A stretch of DNA of 64,000 nt from positions 11,055 to 75,054 of the forward strand of contig CAWVKK010000047.1 in NCBI GenBank assembly GCA_963929865.1. The letters run 5' to 3'. Both the position numbers and the translations under genes were made by a program. The notes beneath the pieces were generated by a model that was not told the DNA's origin, searched no databases, and saw only the letters and a program-made list of their open reading frames with translations. Numbering within the stretch: position 1 is the first letter of the stretch; every line of letters starts with the position of its first letter. Positions 38,344 through 45,984 of this stretch are shown here, piece by piece. Source of the stretch: an uncultured Eubacteriales bacterium (lineage in GTDB: Bacteria; Bacillota; Clostridia; Lachnospirales; Lachnospiraceae).

Positions 38344-38633
38344 ATTGTTTTTCCGTATAAAAATTGATCAGCCCGGTCGATTTCTTCTACAAATTCCAGC
38401 GCATCCTGACCGATCCGGTCGGTAATATCTTTGATTTCCTGCTTCAGCGCCGCAATTTCTTCTATCCTGCCAGACAGCGCTTTGCAGATTTCCTCATCCT
38501 GGATCGCCTGTCCGCACACCTCCTGCAAAAGCCGCTCATAGACTTCCATATAGAAGAACAGAAAGTTCCCGTAATTTCGAATCCGGTTCGAAGCGAGGCG
38601 AAAATTTTCATCCGTGACAATGACGTCTCTCAT
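38340..38633 (-). CDS. Small (97 aa) helical protein, candidate T7SS effector chaperone/targeting partner
   Basis: Helical heptad-like sequence (RIEEIAALKQEIKDITDRIGQDALEFVEEIDRADQFLY). It is translationally coupled to its neighbours. Confidence 0.5.
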   Translation of the reverse strand: MRDVIVTDENFRLASNRIRNYGNFLFFYMEVYERLLQEVCGQAIQDEEICKALSGRIEEIAALKQEIKDITDRIGQDALEFVEEIDRADQFLYGKTI

Positions 38634-38647
38634 TCTATCTCTCCTTT

Positions 38648-39061
38648 TCAGCTCAGCAATCTTTCCAGCGCCAGGATTTCCTCTTCCAGCCGATCGATTT
38701 TCTCCTCTCTAAAGCGGATCTCTTCCGACAGCTTTGCCTTTTCCTTCTCGATCTCTTTTCCAAACGACTCTACGTCTTCCGCGGCGGTCTCATAGTCTTG
38801 ACCGTACAGCTCTTCTCTTAGGCAGCTGGAAAAGGTCTGCGCAAAGCAGGGAGGATGGGTGCACTCCGCAATCATCCCCGCCCGCGCTCTCCTTGCGGCA
38901 ATCAGCTGCTGAAACTCTTCCTTCTTTTTTTCAAAGCATCCCTGTGCTTCTTCCATATCCCGATACTGCAAAAGGAGCTGTGAATTTTCGTTTTTGAGGC
39001 TGTCTTTTTGCGCTTTCAGCTGCAGAATCCTTTGGCGTACTCCGTCTTTTCCCTCTATCAT
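38648..39061 (-). CDS. 137-aa coiled-coil protein with a central Cys-containing segment; T7SS accessory protein of unknown family
   Basis: Heptad-rich arms (ILQLKAQKDSLKNENSQLLLQY and KLSEEIRFREEKIDRLEEEILALERL) flank ECTHPPCFAQTFSSC. There is a 4-nt overlap with the WXG100 gene. Confidence 0.5.
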   Translation of the reverse strand: MIEGKDGVRQRILQLKAQKDSLKNENSQLLLQYRDMEEAQGCFEKKKEEFQQLIAARRARAGMIAECTHPPCFAQTFSSCLREELYGQDYETAAEDVESFGKEIEKEKAKLSEEIRFREEKIDRLEEEILALERLLS

Positions 39062-39351
39062 CCGATAAACTGCCCCGCAATTTCTAAGTCTGTCTGTTCC
39101 AGTGTATCTGCTGTCCGGATCAGAACCTTTTCGATTTCCCGGATTAGTTCCTCCGCTTTTTTAAATCCAGGCTTAAGCTGCTCGTATCGGACCGCATAGG
39201 AATCGCTTGCCGCTCCCTCCCATTCTTCCTGGAGGCGAAGCAGAAGCTGCTCCATATTTTCAATCACGCTCTGCAGTTCATCCGCCTGTACGCCATATTC
39301 TCTTGCTCTCTCTCTCAATTTTTCCGGTGTGATTCTAATCTGTCCGTTCAT
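39058..39351 (-). CDS. esxA: WXG100-family protein (EsxA-like)
   Basis: A 97-aa protein: MNGQIRITPEKLRERA..., a central W-E-G (LQEEWEGAASDSY), and a helix-turn-helix hairpin layout. It sits immediately downstream of essC. Confidence 0.85.
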   Translation of the reverse strand: MNGQIRITPEKLRERAREYGVQADELQSVIENMEQLLLRLQEEWEGAASDSYAVRYEQLKPGFKKAEELIREIEKVLIRTADTLEQTDLEIAGQFIG

Positions 39352-39355
39352 GTTT

Positions 39356-42300
39356 TTATTCCTTTCTGCTTTTTTGTTCTTCTGTGTTTTCTTCCTGGAC
39401 GGCGGCTATCTTGCATTTTTCCAGATGCGTGCCATCCCAGAAAAAAATTTCTGACGAATCTTTTCGCTCTTTACATTTTTTTAATTCTCCAAACGGTATC
39501 TCAACTGCTTTGATCTGCGTTTTTTCTCCAAAAAACAGAAGCTGTCCCCGTTCTCGGATTTCCTGGAGGAATTCGCAGCTGTGATACCGTATCGCTTTGT
39601 TTTCGAGATTTGCGCAAAGGATCAAAATCTCTTTTCTAAGTTCTCTTAAAAGCTCACGCTGTTCCTTGTCTCTTGAAAGAGCTTCCAACACTTCGCTGCC
39701 GTTTAAGAGCAGCAAAATCTCTTCCTCTCTTTTGCTCTGCGCGCATTCTTTTACATCTTGGAGAAGCGCTTTGCTGTCGGTAAAATAACGCCATTCTCCT
39801 TTTTTGTTCAGAATCTGCAGTCTGCGCTTTTCGTCATCCAAAATAAAGCATTTCATTCTTTCCTGAAAAATCCTGCATGTCTGTGGAATCTGAGAAAGCC
39901 ACTCCATCTGTTCTTCCCCGCATACGCCGGTAATCTTGTTCTTCCACTCTCCAAAAAAGACAGGCTTTAAACGGCGAAATTGAACCGCTGCCGGAACGTC
40001 CCCTTTTTTTCGGCAGATCGGATATATCTCCCATGACAGCCTCTGAGGAATGACAGGAATCTTTCTGGCTTCTTTTTCTGCTCTCCTGCTGCATTTCCAG
40101 ATCCAATCCTCCATCCGGAGCGTCTGTTCTTGTGTCGTTGCCCCCTGAAACGCCTGATACACCTGCATCTGATAGACCTCGTTCTTCCACGGGAAAAAGG
40201 CGCGCCCGGCAATTTTAGGAAGCTTTCCTCTCATCTCATCCATCAGCTGCCGGTATGCCGACGCATCCTGGTGAAACAGAGAAATCCGGCATCCGAACAT
40301 TTCCACAGTCCCTCCGTGAATTCCTCTTAACTCTTCCTGAAATACAACCGTATAGATCTCCCACCTGTTCCCCTCTCTCCAGACCGCACTGATGCGTTCC
40401 TCTAAATCGGGATACCTTTTTTTCCATTCCAGATATGAAAACCACACAAAGATTACCGGAGACCGCCTGATCTTATCTTGCTCTCCCTCCCATGCTGCCT
40501 GCCTCTTTCGAAATTCCATTTCTTCCCTTGCCATCTCGACCAGATTTTCCAGTTTTTCCTCCTCTGACGCGCGGACAATTCCGCCGACCTGCGGAAGCCT
40601 TTCGAGCGCCTGCGGAAGACGTCCTTCAAAATCTGCGACATAGATTTCTATCTCTTGCGCGTATTGTGCAATCCAGCCCCTCAGCAGAACAAAGAAAAGA
40701 TTTTGTTTTCCAAATCCCATGCTCCCTGTGACCAGCAGATTTTTCCCCCGCATTTCAAAGACAGCTTCCGGCTGCCGCTGCATTTTAGGATCATCCAAAA
40801 TTCCAATCGGGATCTGTCCTCTTGGCAGCTCATTCTGTCTCTTGGTTGGATATGGAATGTTTTCTCTTAAAGGCGCAAGGCATACAACCGGCAGTTTTCT
40901 GATATATTTTTTATGCCATTGTTCCACTATCCGCTGCCTGACCGCTTCCGCCTCAGTCCATCCTTCTTGTGCGTACCCTTTTTTTTCGTAGAGCAGCCGC
41001 CTCTCTCCTCCTAACAAAATGCGGAAGATCTGAAATCCCTGCGTCTTCTCCTGCTTTATTTTCTCTGAGCTGTATGCCGACTGAAACAAGAAAAACTGTT
41101 CGTTGTTTCCCACCTGAAAGTATGCCCTTCCAGGTTCCAAAATCTGTGCGGCAAGCCCAGACCGCAGCACTTCTCTGCTGTCATTTTCCGACTGCACTTT
41201 CAGGCAGAGCCGAAATTTCGCGTTGCTCCAGATCTGTTCGCTTACCTGACCGGAAGGTTTCTGTGTTGCCAAAATCAGGTGAACGCCCAGGCTTCGCCCT
41301 ATTCTGGATGCGCTGATCAGCTCTTTCATAAATTCCGGCTGTTCTGCTCTCAGCTCTGCAAATTCATCCACAATCAGAATCAAATGCGGCATTGCCTCTA
41401 ATTGCGCCGGTCTTTTCCGGTACCTCTGTTCATACTCATCCACATGCGCGCATCCGTTTTCCGCTAACATTCTCTGTCTCTTTTTTAGTTCCGCGCGGAT
41501 AAACATCAGAGATCGCTCGAGCAAAGCCTCATCCAGATTCGTGATCGTCCCAGCCAGGTGCGGCAGATCTTTCAGATGGTTGGCAAGACCTCCGCCTTTG
41601 AAATCTATCAGCAGAAACTGCAGCCTCCACGGCGCAAACGACAAAGCGGCGCACAGAAGATAGCTCAAAATCATCTCACTTTTTCCGGATCCTGTCGTTC
41701 CCGCGACAAGACCGTGCGGTCCATGCGCCTTTTCATGCAGGTCCAGAAAAAAAGTGCTTCCATCCTCCGCTGTCCCGAGCGCCACAGGAAGCGTCTCCTG
41801 TTCTTCCTCCCACATCCGTTCCCATCGTTCCTTTCCTTCTTTTTCCAGCAGTTCAAACAGCGTCAATTTTTTCGGAAGCTTCTGTTTTTCTAAAAATGTC
41901 TTCTTTTTCGCGCAGGCAATGGCTGCGCTTGTCTCAAGCAGACTCTCCTTGGTCGGAAGCTCAAAGAAAAACGGGATGCTTTCTTTCGATTCATTTAAAA
42001 ACCATTCTCCTTTTCCCTCTCTTATGCAGATCTTTCCCCGGCAGCCTCTTGGCAGTTTTCTTTCCTCTTCTGTCAGAAAAATCGAGTAGATTCCATACTC
42101 CGCCGCTTTTTCAATCTGTTCCGTAAAATACAGCTGCTCTTTTGTTTCTTCTAAAAAGCATACAACCCAGGAGACGCCTTTTTTCGCCTTCATCTGCCGC
42201 AGAGAAAGTTCTCTCTCTAAGAGTCCTTCAAGGCGTCCTCTGCTTTTGGAATCCCATCCAATTCTTCTCTCGCCCTGTTCTGTCCGGACATGCGGGAGCG

Positions 42301-43678
42301 TGCGAACCCACGCTATTTTTTTTACGGCGCTTTCTTCCCCCAGGATAAAAATTCTGGTCTCTTCTTCACCGTGGCTGCATATCAGCTCCAGCAAAAGCAT
42401 TTCCAGGAAACGGATCCGTTCTCCCTCTTCCCCTACGATGCCAATATTCCCGCATTCCGGAAGCCTAAGCACAACTGGAGCGTTCTGCATTTTGCTCTGC
42501 CTTGCGATCATCTCCTGCGCTTCTCTCCAGAGAGTGTGGGTTTGCGCAAAGTCCTCTCTCTTTTGGAATTCTACGCTCACGTTCGGCGCAATGGTTCCAT
42601 TTCCAAGTCTCAGCCACAGAAAATCCCAGTCTTTTCCTGTCTTTTCAAATAAGTTCCAGGAGCGGATCTTCGCTTCGTGCGCCAGTGTTTTCCAGTCTCT
42701 CTCATACTGTTCTAAAAATCTGCGCTCCCGTTCTGTTGCCTGTACGATTTCCCCTTCTTTTTCTGTGAGATAGGCGCGGTAGCGCTCCCTATACTTTCTT
42801 TGTTTTTTCCGGATATGGAGTTTTCCATACAGCCATGTCACGACCGCGGTCGCCATTCCCATTCCTCCAAGGACAAGGCGGTACCATCCTCCCCCAAATC
42901 CGCCGCGGCTTTGCAGCATCACTGCCGCCGCAAGGATTCCTGCGCTTGAAAGCAGCGATAACAGCAGTCTGCTTTCCTGCTTTTCAGGATAATTCGCCGG
43001 CGCTGCGATCCGGATACATTCCTGTGGAGTTTCTGTTCTCCATCTGGCTCTGCAGACATAATCAGGATAATCAGATCTCTCGCTTTGCGCTTTCTGGACG
43101 TGGATTCCGTGGCATACCATATTTTTTGCAAGGTCAAACCAGATCTTTTCTTCCCGCATATAGAACCGGTATCCGCCCAGCTCCACAAAATCGTGTTCTC
43201 TAAGCTGCGCCTTTGCCTGCACCATCATGCCGTTTTTTGCAATCTCCCATGTGCTGCTCCAAACCCAGAACGCATTCTCTTTCCATCTGATTTCCATCCA
43301 TTTCTGTCTCAGAAAAATATCCTGAATGTGAATGTGGCAAAACGTTTCTCCTCCGATATACAGCGGCTTTTCTCTTTTCAGGCAGACTGCGTACCCATAC
43401 GACGCTTTCTTTTTTTTCTTCCATCTCTGAAGAAAAATGCGGTAAAGGCACAGACCGGAATCTTCCTCGTGCATCTCGATTTCGGCTCCGTGCTCAAATG
43501 GAATCCATCCCTTCTTCATCACGGTATCGCCTGTCAGGTAATAGCCCTCTTCCGTCTCAAGATACCACTGCTCTTGTCTTTTTGCCGCATAAATCCCATA
43601 GGAATTCGATGGCTTTTGCAGCTCCTGCGTTCTTTCCTCGTATCTTCCCCGTGAAAAAATCCATATTTTCCATTCCAC
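39356..43678 (-). CDS. essC: Type VII secretion FtsK/SpoIIIE-family ATPase EssC
   Basis: GTG start. The N-terminal ~200 aa are FHA-like. Two TM helices lie at about aa 237-285. Canonical Walker A VAGTTGSGKSE (41678-41710) and Walker B LILIVDEF. Further P-loop-like domains are degenerate (GSMGFGKQ; GVCGEEQM). Confidence 0.92.
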   Translation of the reverse strand: MEWKIWIFSRGRYEERTQELQKPSNSYGIYAAKRQEQWYLETEEGYYLTGDTVMKKGWIPFEHGAEIEMHEEDSGLCLYRIFLQRWKKKKKASYGYAVCLKREKPLYIGGETFCHIHIQDIFLRQKWMEIRWKENAFWVWSSTWEIAKNGMMVQAKAQLREHDFVELGGYRFYMREEKIWFDLAKNMVCHGIHVQKAQSERSDYPDYVCRARWRTETPQECIRIAAPANYPEKQESRLLLSLLSSAGILAAAVMLQSRGGFGGGWYRLVLGGMGMATAVVTWLYGKLHIRKKQRKYRERYRAYLTEKEGEIVQATERERRFLEQYERDWKTLAHEAKIRSWNLFEKTGKDWDFLWLRLGNGTIAPNVSVEFQKREDFAQTHTLWREAQEMIARQSKMQNAPVVLRLPECGNIGIVGEEGERIRFLEMLLLELICSHGEEETRIFILGEESAVKKIAWVRTLPHVRTEQGERRIGWDSKSRGRLEGLLERELSLRQMKAKKGVSWVVCFLEETKEQLYFTEQIEKAAEYGIYSIFLTEEERKLPRGCRGKICIREGKGEWFLNESKESIPFFFELPTKESLLETSAAIACAKKKTFLEKQKLPKKLTLFELLEKEGKERWERMWEEEQETLPVALGTAEDGSTFFLDLHEKAHGPHGLVAGTTGSGKSEMILSYLLCAALSFAPWRLQFLLIDFKGGGLANHLKDLPHLAGTITNLDEALLERSLMFIRAELKKRQRMLAENGCAHVDEYEQRYRKRPAQLEAMPHLILIVDEFAELRAEQPEFMKELISASRIGRSLGVHLILATQKPSGQVSEQIWSNAKFRLCLKVQSENDSREVLRSGLAAQILEPGRAYFQVGNNEQFFLFQSAYSSEKIKQEKTQGFQIFRILLGGERRLLYEKKGYAQEGWTEAEAVRQRIVEQWHKKYIRKLPVVCLAPLRENIPYPTKRQNELPRGQIPIGILDDPKMQRQPEAVFEMRGKNLLVTGSMGFGKQNLFFVLLRGWIAQYAQEIEIYVADFEGRLPQALERLPQVGGIVRASEEEKLENLVEMAREEMEFRKRQAAWEGEQDKIRRSPVIFVWFSYLEWKKRYPDLEERISAVWREGNRWEIYTVVFQEELRGIHGGTVEMFGCRISLFHQDASAYRQLMDEMRGKLPKIAGRAFFPWKNEVYQMQVYQAFQGATTQEQTLRMEDWIWKCSRRAEKEARKIPVIPQRLSWEIYPICRKKGDVPAAVQFRRLKPVFFGEWKNKITGVCGEEQMEWLSQIPQTCRIFQERMKCFILDDEKRRLQILNKKGEWRYFTDSKALLQDVKECAQSKREEEILLLLNGSEVLEALSRDKEQRELLRELRKEILILCANLENKAIRYHSCEFLQEIRERGQLLFFGEKTQIKAVEIPFGELKKCKERKDSSEIFFWDGTHLEKCKIAAVQEENTEEQKSRKE

Positions 43679-43690
43679 TTCGATATCCCG

Positions 43691-43981
43691 CTACCTCTTC
43701 TTGCCTTCTCTATCCCTTTCTTCTTCGGGGAAGCGGAAAAAAAGCGCGCTCCCGTCTCTTAAACGGGCTTGTTCCAGAGAATCGCTCCCTTTTAAAAGCG
43801 CAGTCGGATTTTCTGCCCTTATATACCACTGTCGGATTTTCCGGCTTTCTATTCCCCAGCCCATTCCTTCATTTAACCCTTCCAATAATTCTTCTGCCGT
43901 AATCGCTGCCGGAAGATCCAGGTCAATCTCTTCTCCGTCTTCCAGGTGCAGCACGGCAAAAATCCGTTTCTCCTCACTCAT
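43691..43981 (-). CDS. esaB: YukD/EsaB-like ubiquitin-fold (beta-grasp) protein
   Basis: A 96-aa protein with IDLDLPAAITAEELLEGL...LEQARLRDGSALFF, the pattern typical of YukD. It sits directly upstream of essC. Confidence 0.7.
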   Translation of the reverse strand: MSEEKRIFAVLHLEDGEEIDLDLPAAITAEELLEGLNEGMGWGIESRKIRQWYIRAENPTALLKGSDSLEQARLRDGSALFFRFPEEERDREGKKR

Positions 43982-44987
43982 CTAACACATCTCCCAAAGT
44001 TTTCCTCCATTCCTGCCATTCCTGCTGCGTGCCTCCATGTCTTTTTAAAAAAATCTGCATATCCCATCCCCAATGCTTTGCCTGCTGCTCCTGTTCGCCG
44101 ATATCGCGGCAGAAATTGTAAAGAAAGCAGAATTTTTCTCTCGGGAATATAGAAATGCTGTTTTTTATGACCGGTATCATCTGTTTCCATTTTTCTCCCG
44201 GTCGGATTACGATCATGATTTTCTCCGCGTCCGCCATCCATCCTGTCAGATTTTTATGGTACGCGTGATCGGTTTCCGCCACAATCCAGTCGTATTTTTC
44301 GGTCTGTTTAATCTCTTTTTCCATCTCGCGGAAAAGTTCGCAAGAAATGTCAAGGCACGGGTATGATCTGGAAAACGGAGGAAGAACGTCGATTTTTCCG
44401 TGCCGGATCCATCCGCTCCACTTTGAAAATTCATGCGGCCGCCGCGACACGAAAAACATTTCCGCCTCCCTCTCCAGAGTTTGCGCAGTGAAGCGGCGAT
44501 AATCCTGCCATGTATCCGCCCCGAGAAAAAAAACCTTTTTCCCGCGCTCTGCCAGATAGTGCGCGCTTTCCCACGCAACGGAGGAAACCCCGCTTCCGCC
44601 GATCGGTGAATATACCAGCATTGTTTTTGTCTTGTACGTTTCCTTTGTTTTTTCTCTCTGAACCCTTTTTAATTCTCTGCAGATTTTTTCCCGTATTTTT
44701 TTCTCGTCCCAGCTTTTTTGCAGTACGGGAATCCGCTCCTCTTCCTGCGTCTCCCCGATCAAAAAAAGATTGCGGTTTTGCGTCTGCCTCCATAGTTCCT
44801 CTCCCCATGGTCTCCACACAAATAACAGCGCTTCCTCTTCCAGCAGATTCGTATATTTCTGAAAATAGGAAAAATCACTGATTAAAATGATCTCCGCCTG
44901 CATTCCCAGTTCCGGCACAACCATCCCTTCTAAAAACTGGAGATATTCTCTGTCAGGATCTGCAAATATGATTTTTTCTTTTTTCAT
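43974..44987 (-). CDS. TadZ/CpaE-like protein: receiver-like N-domain plus a ParA/MinD-fold domain with a degenerate P-loop
   Basis: KIIFADPDREYLQFLEG...EIILISD is receiver-like. MLVYSPIGGSGVSSVA (44577-44612) aligns to the SPKGGVGKTT deviant Walker A but lacks the Lys. DWIVAETDH occupies the Walker B position. Confidence 0.5.
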   Translation of the reverse strand: MKKEKIIFADPDREYLQFLEGMVVPELGMQAEIILISDFSYFQKYTNLLEEEALLFVWRPWGEELWRQTQNRNLFLIGETQEEERIPVLQKSWDEKKIREKICRELKRVQREKTKETYKTKTMLVYSPIGGSGVSSVAWESAHYLAERGKKVFFLGADTWQDYRRFTAQTLEREAEMFFVSRRPHEFSKWSGWIRHGKIDVLPPFSRSYPCLDISCELFREMEKEIKQTEKYDWIVAETDHAYHKNLTGWMADAEKIMIVIRPGEKWKQMIPVIKNSISIFPREKFCFLYNFCRDIGEQEQQAKHWGWDMQIFLKRHGGTQQEWQEWRKTLGDVLDE

Positions 44988-45880
44988 CCCCTCTTCCGGG
45001 CCTCTCTTGGCGCGCTCTCCACCTGCCTTTCCTTTTCTCCGAAACAGCCGTAAAGCATGCAGAATTCACAGTCTGCCGCTAAAATCCGGTCTCCTGGTTT
45101 GATGACGTACCATTGCTTTGGAATCAGTCTTGTCTTATTCAAAAATGTTCCGTTTCTGCTGTCTAAATCCATAATCCACCACTGCCCCGCATTCCGCAGA
45201 ATTTTACAATGTTTTCTGCTCAAAGCCCTGCTGTCCTGAATGAGGCACTGCACGTCCTCTCTCTGTTTTCCGATCACAAAGCCTTTTTCGTTCAGCGTCC
45301 ACTTTTCCCTGCTGACAGAATCGAGTCTTTGAAGCACAAAGATTCCTGTGTCTTTTTGATACTTTTCCTGTAAAATTTCTAATTTTTTTTGAATTTCCTG
45401 TTCAAGAATCTGAACTGAGACTGCCTGATCTTCCTGATAGACAGGCAGATAGATAAGATAAATCTGGTTGTCCGCAACGTCGAGATAAATTTTTTCTTCC
45501 TCCAGCTCCAGCTGTCCGAACTGAAGATAAGACCTGATTTTCAGCTGCTGCACGGTATCGGAAAGCTGTTCCGCAATGTGATTTCTCTGTTTTTGCGTCA
45601 TGGTTTTCTCTGCCTCGCACAGCGTCATCTTTTTTTCCGTACAGTAAATCAGCTTTATTTTGCCGTTGTAGCAAATCTTATGGCACGGAAGAAAGAAACG
45701 GTATCCGCTCTTCTTCATCCGGTCATATCCTGCATGGGAAAAGTGAACCGGTCCGTCCAGCAGATAGGAGCGGACTCTTCTGTCACAATACTCGGAAAGT
45801 CCTTCCACTTTCTCACCTGCTTTCGCTGTTTCTAAAATCATCATAGTGTCTTTTCGCAACTTTGTCAAGTATCTTTTCAC
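44984..45880 (-). CDS. FHA-domain protein with an uncharacterised N-terminal domain; first gene of the T7SS-like operon
   Basis: The C-terminus has FVIGKQREDVQCLIQDSRALSRKHCKILRNAGQWWIMDLDSRNGTFLN...GDRI, the FHA signature (G-R...S-x-x-H...N-G). The start is uncertain: GTG at 45880 or ATG at 45844. Confidence 0.8.
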   Translation of the reverse strand: MKRYLTKLRKDTMMILETAKAGEKVEGLSEYCDRRVRSYLLDGPVHFSHAGYDRMKKSGYRFFLPCHKICYNGKIKLIYCTEKKMTLCEAEKTMTQKQRNHIAEQLSDTVQQLKIRSYLQFGQLELEEEKIYLDVADNQIYLIYLPVYQEDQAVSVQILEQEIQKKLEILQEKYQKDTGIFVLQRLDSVSREKWTLNEKGFVIGKQREDVQCLIQDSRALSRKHCKILRNAGQWWIMDLDSRNGTFLNKTRLIPKQWYVIKPGDRILAADCEFCMLYGCFGEKERQVESAPREARKRG

Positions 45881-45984
45881 ATTTTCTAAACTTTTTTGTA
45901 ATTTTTTTGTTCCTTTTCTCTACTTTATCACATTTTCATCATACTTCCATGATAAATTTTAGAAAAAACTTAAGGAGAATTTCT

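Noticed and set aside
34006-45880. Canonical N-terminal LXG toxin or PP2C phosphatase within the operon
   Set aside because: No product combines an N-terminal ~200-aa LXG-type helical domain with a C-terminal toxin. No product shows PP2C motifs. Their absence is noted but not interpreted further.
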